From Hyalangium minutum (lineage in GTDB: Bacteria > Myxococcota > Myxococcia > Myxococcales > Myxococcaceae), in NCBI RefSeq assembly GCF_000737315.1, contig NZ_JMCB01000008.1, forward strand, positions 20,001-82,000: a stretch of DNA of 62,000 bases, read 5' to 3'. Under the pieces are notes generated by a model. It searched no databases. It was not told the origin of the DNA and saw nothing but the letters and a program-made list of their open reading frames with translations. This document shows, piece after piece, positions 1 to 9,853 of this stretch; position 1 is the stretch's first letter; the number at the start of each line of letters is the position of its first letter. Made by a program: the position numbers and the translations under genes.

Positions 1-519
1 CGCGAGAAGAAGGAGGGCCTGGGCCGCGCGTACCTCGCCGCCTTCCGCTGGGCGCTCGCCGAGGGCTACACGTACATCATCGAGATGGACGCGGACTTCA
101 GCCACGATCCGCGCTACCTGCCCGGCCTGCTGGATACAGCCGAGGCCGGTGCGGACCTGGTGCTGGGCTCGCGCTACGTCCATGGCGGCGGCACGGTGAA
201 CTGGGGCGTGGGGCGGAAGGTCATCAGCCGGGGAGGTTCGCTCTACGCACGCACCATCCTCGGGGTGGACGTGAGGGATCTGACGGGCGGCTTCAAGTGC
301 TTCAACCGCCGCGTCCTGGAGAGCATCGAGCTCGACCAGGTGAAGAGCACCGGCTACGCCTTCCAGATCGAGCTCACCTACCGCACGCTCAAGAAGGGCT
401 TCACCGTGCGCGAGCTGCCCATCGTCTTCGAGGATCGCCGCGTCGGGCAGTCGAAGATGAGCCGGAAGATCTTCCTCGAGGCGCTCACCATGGTGTGGAA
501 GCTCCGGCTGACGGTGTGA
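1..519 (+). CDS. Polyprenol monophosphomannose synthase-like glycosyltransferase (GT2), 5' truncated by the window edge
   Basis: Frame 1 is open from base 1 (REKKEGLGRAY...IIEMDADFSHDP...DLVLGSRY...DLTGGFKC...GYAFQIE). DxD motif and Ppm1/DPM1-type motifs are present. Confidence 0.9.
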   Translation, partial: REKKEGLGRAYLAAFRWALAEGYTYIIEMDADFSHDPRYLPGLLDTAEAGADLVLGSRYVHGGGTVNWGVGRKVISRGGSLYARTILGVDVRDLTGGFKCFNRRVLESIELDQVKSTGYAFQIELTYRTLKKGFTVRELPIVFEDRRVGQSKMSRKIFLEALTMVWKLRLTV

Positions 520-520
520 C

Positions 521-1150
521 GTGAGCGCCTACCTCACCCACTTCCTCGTCTCGCTGTCCGCGGTCTTCTTCGTGGTGGACCCCATCGGCGTGGTGCCCAT
601 CTTCCTGGCCATCACCGCGGGGGACTCGCAGACGAAGATGCGCCGCACGGCCCTGCGGGCCTGCATCGTGGCCGGGGGCCTGCTGTGCTTCTTCGCCGTG
701 TTCGGCGGCGTCATCTTCCAGGTGTTCGGCGTCTCGCTGGCCGCCTTCCGCGTGGCCGGCGGCATCCTGCTGCTCATCACCTCGCTGGACATGCTCCGCG
801 CCCGCCCTTCCGAGACGCGCACCACCCCCTCCGAGGAACAGGAGGGCGTCGCCAAGGAGGACGTGGCCCTGGTGCCGCTGGCCATGCCGCTGCTGGCCGG
901 GCCCGGCGCCATCGCCAGTGCCATGGTGCTGATGTCCAAGGGGGAGAGCCCGCTGATGGGCGTCCCAGTGCTCGCCGCCATCGTCCTCACGTTCGTGGCG
1001 GCCTACTTCATCCTCCGCGCTTCCCACCTGGTGCAGCGCGTGCTCAAGCAGTCCGGCGTCGCCATCCTCGAGCGCGTAATGGGGCTCATCCTCGCCGCCA
1101 TCGCCGTGCAGTTCATGGCCGACGGCGCCAAGGACCTGCTCGCGCGCTGA
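521..1150 (+). CDS. MarC family inner-membrane protein
   Basis: 209 aa with about 6 hydrophobic segments. Motifs VVDPIG, AFRVAGGILL, VPLAMPLLAGPG, ERVMGLILAAIAVQ. Confidence 0.9.
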   Translation: MSAYLTHFLVSLSAVFFVVDPIGVVPIFLAITAGDSQTKMRRTALRACIVAGGLLCFFAVFGGVIFQVFGVSLAAFRVAGGILLLITSLDMLRARPSETRTTPSEEQEGVAKEDVALVPLAMPLLAGPGAIASAMVLMSKGESPLMGVPVLAAIVLTFVAAYFILRASHLVQRVLKQSGVAILERVMGLILAAIAVQFMADGAKDLLAR

Positions 1151-1151
1151 G

Positions 1152-1604
1152 TCAGTCGGACGCGGACGCCCAGCCGCCCTCGGGGTTGCGGCGGACCACA
1201 CCCTGGGTCACCTCGCTCATCGACAGCCCCTCCGGACCGGACCGGCGCGCGTCGTACGCATAGCCGTTCGGCGTCTCCTGCAGGTAGACCACCAGCCCCT
1301 GCCGCCCGAGCTGCCGCACCACGCGGAACTGGGTGTCTCCGCACTCGGGCGAGTCGCCCACGAAGAAGCGCTCCAGAAGCCCCTCCTCGGGCTTGCGCAC
1401 GAAGACCGTCACCGGCACGGGCGGCTCCGTCCCATCGCCGGCGAACGCCGCCAGTTCCTGGGCCGGCAGCGGCTCGCTCAGGACCATCCGCACCAGCGCG
1501 CACTTCTCCTCCTCTTGATGGAGGCTCTGCGCAACCGGAACGGCGGAATGTGCGCAGCCCACAAGGGCAAGGCCGAGCGTGGTGGAGAGGGCAAGGCGAT
1601 TCAT
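1152..1604 (-). CDS. Hypothetical lipoprotein (150 aa)
   Basis: ATG at 1604 follows a GGAGG SD. Signal peptide MNRLALSTTLGLALVG-C with lipobox Cys17. The true start lies well inside the 511-aa ORF call. Confidence 0.75.
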   Translation of the reverse strand: MNRLALSTTLGLALVGCAHSAVPVAQSLHQEEEKCALVRMVLSEPLPAQELAAFAGDGTEPPVPVTVFVRKPEEGLLERFFVGDSPECGDTQFRVVRQLGRQGLVVYLQETPNGYAYDARRSGPEGLSMSEVTQGVVRRNPEGGWASASD

Positions 1605-1627
1605 CCGTCGGTTCCTCCAAGAGGGTG

Positions 1628-2650
1628 TCACAGCGGTCTCCACTGCGGAGAGAAGGGAGCGTTGATCAGCGAGGGATCGTCCACGGAGATGATGTACTCG
1701 GCACGGCGGTTGGCCGACTCGGCGGTCTCGTCCGGCGTCGGCTTGTGGGGCGCCTGCTCGCCAAAGCCCTCGAAGTAGATGGGCAATCGCGCGCCGTGCG
1801 AGCGGAAGTACGCGGCGATGCTGCGCGCCCGCTGCAGGGACAGCTCGCGGTTGGCCTGCGTAGGGCCCACCGTGTCCGTGTGCCCCAGGATGTAGAGCCG
1901 GAGCGCCGCGAACTCCCCGTAGCGCTTCACCGCCTCCGCGATCTTCTGCACGCTCTTGTCGAGCTTCGAGCGCTCCGCCGCAGGAATCTCCGCGCTGCCC
2001 GAGGCGAAGATCACCTCCTCGTGCGGGATGTCCACCTGCCACGGGAAGAACTCCACGCTCTGGTAGAAGTCCGCCGTGTCGTAGGCCTTGAGGGAGATCT
2101 TCAGCACCTTGCCGGCCGGCTTGGGCCACGTGACTTCGAGCGGCGTGCCCGCAGGCTCGCCCTTGAACTTGATCTCGCCATCGAAGGCGTTCCAGCCGGA
2201 GTCCGACACCACCGTCAGCTTCGCCTTGCCCGCGGGCCGCGAGAGCTTGAAGCGCAGCTTGCGCTCCGCCAAGTCCAGGTCCTCCTTGGACACCGTGAGC
2301 GTCAGCGGCCCCAGCAGCTCCGTGTCGAAGGACAGCGGCATCTTCCCGGGCTGTGCGCCCTTGAAGCGCACCGTCAGCTCGCCCTCGTAGTGGAAGCGGC
2401 CCTCGGGCTGCTCCAGTTCCAGGGTGCGCGTCATTCCAGGCTTCCCGCCGTCCTTGAACTCGAACTCCTTGCCGTCCGAGCGCTTCAGCTTCACGTCGAA
2501 GCCGAGGATGGGCTCGAGAATCTCCACCTTCAGCGCTGGCAGGCCCTGGCCCAGCGGTACGCGCGAGTCGAGGGACACATGAATGGCATCCCCTGCCAAA
2601 GCAGGCGAGGAGGCAAGAGCAAGGCAGAGCAGGAGGACGCGAACGTTCAT
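1628..2650 (-). CDS. Exported OmpA-like peptidoglycan-binding domain protein
   Basis: Signal peptide MNVRVLLLCLALASSPALA, a beta-rich N-terminal region, and a C-terminal OmpA_C domain (GHTDTVG...NRELSLQRA...NRRAE). Start taken at ATG 2650. Confidence 0.85.
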   Translation of the reverse strand: MNVRVLLLCLALASSPALAGDAIHVSLDSRVPLGQGLPALKVEILEPILGFDVKLKRSDGKEFEFKDGGKPGMTRTLELEQPEGRFHYEGELTVRFKGAQPGKMPLSFDTELLGPLTLTVSKEDLDLAERKLRFKLSRPAGKAKLTVVSDSGWNAFDGEIKFKGEPAGTPLEVTWPKPAGKVLKISLKAYDTADFYQSVEFFPWQVDIPHEEVIFASGSAEIPAAERSKLDKSVQKIAEAVKRYGEFAALRLYILGHTDTVGPTQANRELSLQRARSIAAYFRSHGARLPIYFEGFGEQAPHKPTPDETAESANRRAEYIISVDDPSLINAPFSPQWRPL

Positions 2651-2796
2651 GGGAGCGGCAACCTCGGGCATGCCGGGCGGGGGGCAACAGGGCCCCCGCA
2701 AAAATGATTCCCCGAAGCCGACGGTAGGACGGCGCCTGAATTCAGGGAATGGGTCCCGAGAGGCGCTTGGCACGCCCGAAAGAGGACACGCCGCGC

Positions 2797-3600
2797 TCAG
2801 CTCACGCCTACCACCGTAATCCCTTGGGATTCCGCCGCTTTGAAGAGCTGAGGAGCGTCCAGCAGCACCGTCCTCCCGGCCTCCAGGGCTAGCACCGCGG
2901 CCCCCACCTCGCGCATGACCTCCAAGGTGCGAGGCCCGGCCGCCGGTAAATCGAAGCGCAGGTCCTGCCCCGGCTTGCAGCGCTTCACCACCACCGCGCC
3001 CTTGCCTCCCAGCTTGCCCCCTCGGCGGATGGTCTCGTCCGTGCCCTCCACGGCCTCCAGCGCAAGCACATGCCCGTTGCGCACCACCACCGTCTGCCCC
3101 ACATCCGCCTTCCCCAGAAGCCCCGCCACCTCTACCCCGAGCGCCACATCCTGCTCCTGCGCCGTGTGCAGCTTCGGGCCCGCCAGGTGTCCCACCGGGC
3201 AGAGCACCTCGGAGAGGTAGTCCGTGGGCGCGACGATCGTCACGCCGTGGGACTCGAAGTAGTCCGCGATGGCTCGCAGCAGCGTGTCGTCCCGGAAGCT
3301 GCGGATGCGCGAGATGATGCGCACCGCGCCCAGATCCGGCCGAGCCTCCGTGAGCGCCTTCACCCGGCCGATGCCACCCGCCATCGCCGCGCGGGCCACG
3401 CCCGCCTTCTGGAAGGTGCGGACGATCTTGTCCACCTGCCCCAGGCGGACCCACGTGAAGGAGGCCACCTGCGCCTCCAGCGCGGGATCCGTCTCGCCCC
3501 GGTGAGCCACCACCACCACCTCGAGCCCGCGAGTGCGCGCCTCGCGGGCGAAGAGGAAGGGCAGCTGTCCGTTTCCTGCGATGAGGCCGATGCGCTCCAC
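2797..3600 (-). CDS. lpxI: UDP-2,3-diacylglucosamine pyrophosphatase LpxI
   Basis: IGLIAGNGQLP, DVGQTVVV, ALEAVEGTDETIRR and KPGQDLRFDLP motifs. Lies directly downstream of lpxA. Confidence 0.92.
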   Translation of the reverse strand: MERIGLIAGNGQLPFLFAREARTRGLEVVVVAHRGETDPALEAQVASFTWVRLGQVDKIVRTFQKAGVARAAMAGGIGRVKALTEARPDLGAVRIISRIRSFRDDTLLRAIADYFESHGVTIVAPTDYLSEVLCPVGHLAGPKLHTAQEQDVALGVEVAGLLGKADVGQTVVVRNGHVLALEAVEGTDETIRRGGKLGGKGAVVVKRCKPGQDLRFDLPAAGPRTLEVMREVGAAVLALEAGRTVLLDAPQLFKAAESQGITVVGVS

Positions 3601-3609
3601 CGGCTCAGC

Positions 3610-4386
3610 CTAGCGCGTCAGCCCGCGCTTGCTCTGGCTGATGAAATCGACCAGGTGGTCGATCTCCGGCTGGCCGCTGAACTCCGCCTTCAGCCGCGCC
3701 AGCGCTTCCGCCATCTGCAGCTTGGAGCGGAAGAGGATCTTGTACGCCTCTTTGATGCGGCCGATCTGCGCCTCGGTGAAGCCGTGACGCTCCAGGCCCA
3801 CCGTGTTCAGCCCCACCAACTCCGCCCGGTCTCCCTGGGCCATGCAGTACGGGGGCACATCCATCACCACCATGGCGCCGCCCGCCACGAAGGCGTGCTT
3901 GCCGATGCGCGTGAACTGGTGGACCGCCGTCAGCCCCGAGAAGATGACGTGATCCTCCACCATCACGTGCCCGCCGAGCGCCGCGCTGTTGGCCAGGATG
4001 CAGCCGTTGCCCACCACGCAGTCATGCGCCACGTGGCTGTTGGCCATGAAGAGGTTGCGGTTGCCAATGCGCGTGACGCCGCCACCTCCCGCCGTGCCAA
4101 TGTGCAGCGTGGTGAACTCGCGGATCTGATTCTCGTCGCCGATGATCAGCTCCGTGTCCTCGCCCCCGTACTTGAGATCCTGCGGCGCCGCACCGAGCGA
4201 GGAGAACTGGAACACGCGGTTGCGCGCGCCCAGCGTCGTCCGACCCTCGATGACGACGTGAGGACCCACGTGCGAGCCCGGACCGATCTTCACCTTCGGC
4301 CCAATCACTGAGTAGGGACCGATCTCCACCGTCTCGTGGATCTGGGCGTCCGGGTGGACAACCGCCGTGGGGTGAACCTGAGACAT
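3610..4386 (-). CDS. lpxA: UDP-N-acetylglucosamine acyltransferase
   Basis: Hexapeptide repeats. PQDLKY, IREFTTLHIGT and HVAHDC motifs. Confidence 0.97.
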   Translation of the reverse strand: MSQVHPTAVVHPDAQIHETVEIGPYSVIGPKVKIGPGSHVGPHVVIEGRTTLGARNRVFQFSSLGAAPQDLKYGGEDTELIIGDENQIREFTTLHIGTAGGGGVTRIGNRNLFMANSHVAHDCVVGNGCILANSAALGGHVMVEDHVIFSGLTAVHQFTRIGKHAFVAGGAMVVMDVPPYCMAQGDRAELVGLNTVGLERHGFTEAQIGRIKEAYKILFRSKLQMAEALARLKAEFSGQPEIDHLVDFISQSKRGLTR

Positions 4387-4412
4387 GCCTTCTCTCCTTC
4401 CGTCCCCGCCGC

Positions 4413-4877
4413 TCAGGGCGCCGGTTCCTCGGCGGACTTGGCGTCCTTGTCCACCACAGTAGCGAGGAACTCACCCTCGGCGACCTTCACTCCGTCGACC
4501 GTGGCGGTGCCCTTCGTCTTCCAGATAACGCCCTTGTGGCGCAGCACTTCGATGCCCAGCTGGAGCCGGTCCCCGGGCAGCACGGGCTTGCGGAACTTCG
4601 CGTTGTCCACGCCCATCAGGTAGGTGACCTTGCTCTCCGGGTCCATGCTCTCGCTCTTGTAGGCGAGGATGGCCGAGGCCTGCGCCAGCGCCTCCAGGAT
4701 GAGCACGCCCGGCATCACCGGGTGCCCGGGGAAGTGGCCGTTGAAGAAGGGCTCGTTGATGGTGACGTTCTTGTAGGCCGTAAGCTTCTGCCCGGGGACG
4801 ATCTCCACCACGCGGTCCACCAACAAGAACGGGTAGCGGTGGGGCAGCAACCGCTGGATCTCTCCAATGTCCATCAT
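4413..4877 (-). CDS. fabZ: 3-hydroxyacyl-ACP dehydratase
   Basis: [12 protein letters not shown] and [20 protein letters not shown] motifs. Confidence 0.97.
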   Translation of the reverse strand: MMDIGEIQRLLPHRYPFLLVDRVVEIVPGQKLTAYKNVTINEPFFNGHFPGHPVMPGVLILEALAQASAILAYKSESMDPESKVTYLMGVDNAKFRKPVLPGDRLQLGIEVLRHKGVIWKTKGTATVDGVKVAEGEFLATVVDKDAKSAEEPAP

Positions 4878-5938
4878 CCGCCCTTCTCCTTCTCGAGCAG
4901 CTCTACCCTGCGGCGCAGGGCTCGCACTTCCTTGAGCAGATCTCCCAGCTGGCCCAGCGCCGCCGAGTTCTTCAGCCAGTCCCGGTGCGGCACGGCTGGG
5001 CTGCCGGAGACCACCTGCCCATCCTCCACGTCATGCGCCACACCCGACTGGGCGCCCACCTTGGCCAGGTCACCCACGCGGATGTGGCCCACCACGCCCA
5101 CCTGCCCCGCCAGCACCACGCCGGTGCCCAGCTCGGCCGAGCCGGACACGCCCGCCTGCGCGCAGATGAGCGACAGCGGGCCCACCTTCACGTTGTGGGC
5201 GATCTGCACCAGATTGTCGATCTTCGTCCCGCGGCCGATCACCGTCTCGCCCAGCGTCGCCCGGTCGATGCAGGTGCACGCGCCCACTTCCACATCATCC
5301 TCGATGCGGACGATGCCTGTCTGCGGGATCTTGTAGTGCTCCGGCCCGTTCTCGCCCTCGGCGTTGAACGCAAAGCCGAAGCCGTCCGCCCCCACCACGC
5401 ACGAGGCGTGGAGGATGACGCGCGAGCCCACCTGGCAGCCCTCGCGCACGGCGACATTGGGATAGAGCAGGCAGTCCTCGCCTACCGTAGCTCCCTCGCC
5501 CACGTAGGCACCGGGGTAGAGGACGGAGCGAGCGCCCACGCTGGCAGCCTTCTCCACCGTGGCGCCCGCCATCACCGTGGCTTCGGGATGGACCCGAGCC
5601 TCCGGGTGAACGTGCGCCTGAGGGCTCACCCCGGGAGCGGGGCGCGGCGGCGCGTGAAACAGCGTCAGCAGCCGGGCGAAGGCCAGGTGCGGGTTGGGGA
5701 CCCGGATGAGCGCCACGCCCTGGCGGGCCGGCGCGTCGGAGCCCACCAGCACGGCGGAGGCCTTCGTCGCCTCGTACTGCTTCCGGTACTTCGTATTGCC
5801 GTAGAAGGACACGTCCCCAGAGCCCGCCTCGACGAGCCCATTGAGGCCATGGATCAGCAGGCTGGCGTCTCCCAGGAGCTCACCTGCCACATGGGTGGCG
5901 AGCTCTCCCAGCCTGCGCGGCGTAGACGTGCGGTTCAC
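4874..5938 (-). CDS. lpxD: UDP-3-O-acyl-glucosamine N-acyltransferase
   Basis: Hexapeptide repeats. GADGFGF, KIPQTG, IDRATLGET and KIDNLVQIAHNV motifs. Confidence 0.97.
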   Translation of the reverse strand: MNRTSTPRRLGELATHVAGELLGDASLLIHGLNGLVEAGSGDVSFYGNTKYRKQYEATKASAVLVGSDAPARQGVALIRVPNPHLAFARLLTLFHAPPRPAPGVSPQAHVHPEARVHPEATVMAGATVEKAASVGARSVLYPGAYVGEGATVGEDCLLYPNVAVREGCQVGSRVILHASCVVGADGFGFAFNAEGENGPEHYKIPQTGIVRIEDDVEVGACTCIDRATLGETVIGRGTKIDNLVQIAHNVKVGPLSLICAQAGVSGSAELGTGVVLAGQVGVVGHIRVGDLAKVGAQSGVAHDVEDGQVVSGSPAVPHRDWLKNSAALGQLGDLLKEVRALRRRVELLEKEKGG

Positions 5939-5950
5939 GGCGTCAGCGCT

Positions 5951-6541
5951 CTACTTCTTGGGGGCGTCCTTGGCTACCGGCGCGTCCTTCGGAGCGGCCG
6001 GAGCCTTGGGAGCCGCGGTCTTGGGCAGGGCGTTGTAGGCGCGGATGACCTCGTTAGACAGGTCGTACTGCGTCTGCGCGTACACCAGACCGGAGTCCCG
6101 CTTCTCGAAGATGAAGGAGAAGCCATCGCGCTCGGCGATCTTCGCGATGACGCCGTCGATCTTGTCGACGATGGGCTCCATCTCCTGGCGCTCGCGGCCG
6201 GCGGCCTCTGAGCGGTAGCGGTCCCACTTCTGGGCCAGCTCCATCACCTTCCTCTGCAGCTCGGCGCCCTTCTGCATGCGCGTGTCGTCGCTCATGGCGC
6301 TGGCCTGCTTGTCCAGGGTCTCCTTCTCCTTGCGGAGGGCCTCCTGCTCCCGGTCGATCTCCTTCTGCCGGTCCTCCAGCCACTTCTGGAGGCGAGTCTT
6401 GGCGGCCTTGCCGTCCTCCACCGCCAGGAGGACCTGCTGGTAGTCCACGTAGCCGAACTTCACGGACTGCGCGGAGGCAGCGACCGGGAGGGCAAACGAC
6501 AGAGCGGCGGTCAGGACCGCCAGGGTGCTTCGAAGCGACAT
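5951..6541 (-). CDS. skp: OmpH/Skp periplasmic chaperone
   Basis: Signal peptide, KFGYVD N-terminal strand, long coiled coil, DLSNEVI C-terminal strand. Located between bamA and lpxD. Confidence 0.92.
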   Translation of the reverse strand: MSLRSTLAVLTAALSFALPVAASAQSVKFGYVDYQQVLLAVEDGKAAKTRLQKWLEDRQKEIDREQEALRKEKETLDKQASAMSDDTRMQKGAELQRKVMELAQKWDRYRSEAAGRERQEMEPIVDKIDGVIAKIAERDGFSFIFEKRDSGLVYAQTQYDLSNEVIRAYNALPKTAAPKAPAAPKDAPVAKDAPKK

Positions 6542-6651
6542 GTCAACGGCTCCTAAGGGGGTGTACTGGCTCCGACGTCCGTCCCCAGCGGTTCTTCAAC
6601 ACCCCCTGGGTAGGGGGGCCCGGAGCACCGGGGAGGACGCCTTATCAGAAA

Positions 6652-9129
6652 TCAGAAGAAGTTGCCGATGGTGAACTCGAAGAGGTAGGGCTCATCTTCC
6701 GGACGCTTGGTCAGGGGGAAGCCCCACTCGAAGCGCAGCGGGCCTACCGGGGAGAACCAGCGGAACCCGAAGCCCACGGAGTGGAAGAGGCCGAGCGGCA
6801 CCTTGTCCTGCCGGTCCTGGAAGAAGCGCTCGTTGCGCGCGAAGGCATTACCCGCGTCATAGAAGAGCACGCCGCGGATGCCGGCCTTCTCGAACACGGG
6901 GAACTCCAGCTCCAGGTTGAGGATGAGCTGCTTGTTGCCGCCCGTGCGGAACTCGGTGACGGTGGCGTCGGGCGACTCGGAGCGGGGCACCGTCAGCGTG
7001 GGGCTGATGCTGCGCAGGAAATAGCCGCGCACGGTGTTGATGCCGCCCAGGTAGTAGAGCTCGGAGATCGGCAGCGGGCTGTCCGACTCCAGTTGCTGGA
7101 TGTAGCCCACCGTGGCGTTCGTCTTGAAGACGAAGCCCAGCGGCATGGGGAAGTACAGGCGCGAGTACGCCGTGTAGCGCGTGTAGAGGAACGTGCCGCC
7201 CAGGAGCTTCGGGGCGAACTCCACCGAGCCGTAGTGGATGAAGCCGCGCGACGGGAACAGGCGGTTGTCGCGGCGATCGAACGAGAGCGACAGGCGCGCG
7301 GCGCTGGTGACACCGCTGAGGAACTGGTTGGCCAGCAGCACCGAGCCCAGCGCCTGGCCGGCCTCCACGTCCACGTACTCGCGGGTGTAGCCCACGGTGC
7401 CCAGCAGGTCGTCCACGAACTGGTAGCCCAGCGAGAGGCTGCCGCCCGTGGAGCGACGCACGAAGCCGTCATAGTCCGCGTCCACCCGGAAGAAGTCCGC
7501 GGACAGCAGGTACTGCGTGTCCAGGAAGTACGGATCGTAGAAGGACAGCTGGATGAGCGACTTGAGGCCGGAGATCTGCGCCGAGGCCGAGACGCTCTGC
7601 CCCCACCCCAGGAAGTTGTTCTGGGACACCTGCGCCGTGAAGATGAAGTTCTCCACGTTGGAGAAGCCCAGGCCCACCTGGAAGGTACCGGTGGCCTTCT
7701 CCTTCACCTCCACCTGGAGGACGATCCTGTCGTCCGCGCTGCCCGGCTTCTGGGTGATGTCCACCGTCTCGAAGAAGCCCAGCGCCGTGACGCGCTCCTT
7801 GCTGCGGCGCACACCCGTGCCGTTGTAGAGCTCGCCCTCGTAGACGCGCAGCTCGCGGCGGATGACCTTGTCGCGCGTCTTCGTGTTGCCGATGACGTCG
7901 ATGCGCTCGATCGTGACTTGCGGGCCCTTCTGGATGTCGAACGTCAGGTCCACCGTCTTCGTGTCCGCGTTCACCGCGGTGACGGGGTTGATGTTCGCGT
8001 AGGCATAGCCCTGGTCGTAGTAGACGTCCGTGATCGTCAGGATGTCCTGCGACAGCTTGGAGCGGTTGAAGCGCTCGCCCTTCGCGGACGTCATCTTCGC
8101 CGCCAGGCCCTCCTCGGCGACGATCAGGTCTCCTCCGAAGCCCAGCTTGCCGATGTCGTACGGCTCGCCCTCGGTCACCTTGAGGGTGATGTAGATGTAG
8201 CGCTTGTCCGCCGACAGCGAGATGACCGGCTTTTCGATGCGGACGTTGATGAAGCCGTAGTCGTAATAAGTGGCCTGGATGACGGCCAGGTCACGCTGGA
8301 AGGCCTCCTCGCGGTAGGTGCCCTCGCTGGTGAGGAAGGAGAAGTAGCCGCCCTCGCGGGTCACCATCACCGCCTTGAGCGTCTCCGGCGTCACCTGGTG
8401 CGCGCCAATGAAGGTGATCTCCTTCACCATCACCTTGGCGTGCTCGTTGATGACGATCACCACGTCGACGTTGGCGCCGCCCTCCACGGGGTCCAGCCGG
8501 TAGGAGACCTCCGCCAGGAAGTAGCCCTTCTCCACGTACTTCTCCTGGACCTTCTTCACCGTGGAGCGCACGGCGTCCATGTCCAGGATGGTGGCGGGCT
8601 TCACGTCGATCTGTTCCTTCAGATCGTCGTTGCTCAGCTCATCGTTGCCGCTCAGCTTCACGGAGCGAACAGCGGGGCGCTCCTGCACGCGCACCACGTA
8701 GGCGATGCCCTTGGGCAGGTGCTGCACCAGCAGCTGAACATCCGTGAAGTAGCCCAGGCCCCAGACGGCCCGGAGATCGTCGGCCGTGCGGAGCGGATCG
8801 TAGACAGAGCCCTCCTTCGTCACGAGGGCGCGGCGGATGGCCTCGGCCTCGACGCGGCGGTTGCCTTCGATGCGGACCTCGACGACGCGCTCGCTCAGCT
8901 CCTCGGCGGTCGTCGCGTCCTCGTCCACCGGAGCATCCGCGGGAGGCGTGGCGGTATTAGGGGCCTGGGTCTGCCGCGCAGGGGACGCCGGGGGCGCACC
9001 CGTCTCCGCCTGTGCGAGCGCACGGCCGGGTACGAGCGCCCACAGGGTCAGCGCGAACAGAGGCAGGAGCGTCTTCAGAGACAGAACGGGAGACCTCAAG
9101 GGACAGTCGGCCTGTAAAGGGCGGGGCAA
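6652..9129 (-). CDS. bamA: Outer membrane protein assembly factor BamA
   Basis: POTRA repeats (IEGNRRV; GNTKTRDKVIRRE), barrel motifs YLGGINTVRGY and SPVGPLRF, and a C-terminal F. The start is uncertain: TTG at 9099 is more likely given the promoter at 9128-9157. Confidence 0.97.
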   Translation of the reverse strand: MPRPLQADCPLRSPVLSLKTLLPLFALTLWALVPGRALAQAETGAPPASPARQTQAPNTATPPADAPVDEDATTAEELSERVVEVRIEGNRRVEAEAIRRALVTKEGSVYDPLRTADDLRAVWGLGYFTDVQLLVQHLPKGIAYVVRVQERPAVRSVKLSGNDELSNDDLKEQIDVKPATILDMDAVRSTVKKVQEKYVEKGYFLAEVSYRLDPVEGGANVDVVIVINEHAKVMVKEITFIGAHQVTPETLKAVMVTREGGYFSFLTSEGTYREEAFQRDLAVIQATYYDYGFINVRIEKPVISLSADKRYIYITLKVTEGEPYDIGKLGFGGDLIVAEEGLAAKMTSAKGERFNRSKLSQDILTITDVYYDQGYAYANINPVTAVNADTKTVDLTFDIQKGPQVTIERIDVIGNTKTRDKVIRRELRVYEGELYNGTGVRRSKERVTALGFFETVDITQKPGSADDRIVLQVEVKEKATGTFQVGLGFSNVENFIFTAQVSQNNFLGWGQSVSASAQISGLKSLIQLSFYDPYFLDTQYLLSADFFRVDADYDGFVRRSTGGSLSLGYQFVDDLLGTVGYTREYVDVEAGQALGSVLLANQFLSGVTSAARLSLSFDRRDNRLFPSRGFIHYGSVEFAPKLLGGTFLYTRYTAYSRLYFPMPLGFVFKTNATVGYIQQLESDSPLPISELYYLGGINTVRGYFLRSISPTLTVPRSESPDATVTEFRTGGNKQLILNLELEFPVFEKAGIRGVLFYDAGNAFARNERFFQDRQDKVPLGLFHSVGFGFRWFSPVGPLRFEWGFPLTKRPEDEPYLFEFTIGNFF

Positions 9130-9157
9130 TCTAAGGGATAGGTTCGGCGTCCCTCAA
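9128..9157 (-). promoter_or_regulatory. Putative sigma70-type promoter for bamA-skp-lpxD-fabZ-lpxA-lpxI
   Basis: Minus strand reads TTGAGG-N18-TAGATT in the lolD-bamA gap. Confidence 0.5.
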
Positions 9158-9175
9158 TCCAAAAGCGCGGAGGGT

Positions 9176-9850
9176 TCACGCGTCCGTCACCTGCCCGCCT
9201 GCAAGGCGCAGGCGCCGAGGCATGGACCGGGCCAGCGTCTCGTTGTGGGTGACGACCACCGCCGTGATGCCCAGGTCCCGGTTCACATCCCTCAAGAGCT
9301 GGTGGATGCCCTCGCCGGTGGCCGGGTCCAGGTTGCCGGTCGGCTCGTCGGCCAGCAAGACGGCAGGCTGGAGCACCAGGGCGCGGGCCAGGGCAACGCG
9401 CTGGGCCTCGCCGCCGGAGAGCTCGCCGGGCTTGTGGTCCACACGGGAGCCCAGCCCCACCCGCTCCAGCAGCTCGCGGGCCGTGGCGTACGTCTTGGCC
9501 CGGTCCGCCCGCTGCACGAGCGCCGGCATGGCCACGTTCTCCAGGGCGGTGAACTCCGGCAGCAGGTAGTGGCTCTGGAAGACGAAGCCGATGGTGCGGT
9601 TGCGGAACTCGGCGATCTCCGCGTCGCTCATGGCGAACACGGAGCGGCCCTCGAAGAACACCTCGCCAGCGGCCGGGGCGTCCAGGGTGCCCAGCACGTG
9701 GAGGAAGGTGCTCTTGCCTGCGCCGGAGGGCCCCACGAGGCTCACCAGCTCGCCGCGCTCGATGTCCAGCGAGACGGCGCGCAGCACGTCGATGCGCTTG
9801 CCGTGCAGGAAGTAGCTCTTGAAGACGTTGCGGATGGAGAGGAATGCCAT
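9176..9850 (-). CDS. lolD: Lipoprotein-releasing ABC transporter ATP-binding subunit
   Basis: Walker A GPSGAGKS, LSGGEAQRVALARAL, DEPTGNLD and the LolD-type FVFQSHYLLPEF motif. Adjacent to the LolC/E-type permease. Confidence 0.92.
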   Translation of the reverse strand: MAFLSIRNVFKSYFLHGKRIDVLRAVSLDIERGELVSLVGPSGAGKSTFLHVLGTLDAPAAGEVFFEGRSVFAMSDAEIAEFRNRTIGFVFQSHYLLPEFTALENVAMPALVQRADRAKTYATARELLERVGLGSRVDHKPGELSGGEAQRVALARALVLQPAVLLADEPTGNLDPATGEGIHQLLRDVNRDLGITAVVVTHNETLARSMPRRLRLAGGQVTDA

Positions 9851-9853
9851 GGC

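Noticed and set aside
2677-2705. GC hairpin followed by an A run as an intrinsic terminator
   Set aside because: The orientation is wrong: for the minus-strand genes the U run would come before the stem, and there is no plus-strand gene to terminate.
2768-2785. TGGCAC as a sigma54 -24 element
   Set aside because: No TTGC -12 element at the required spacing, and it points away from the nearest gene start.
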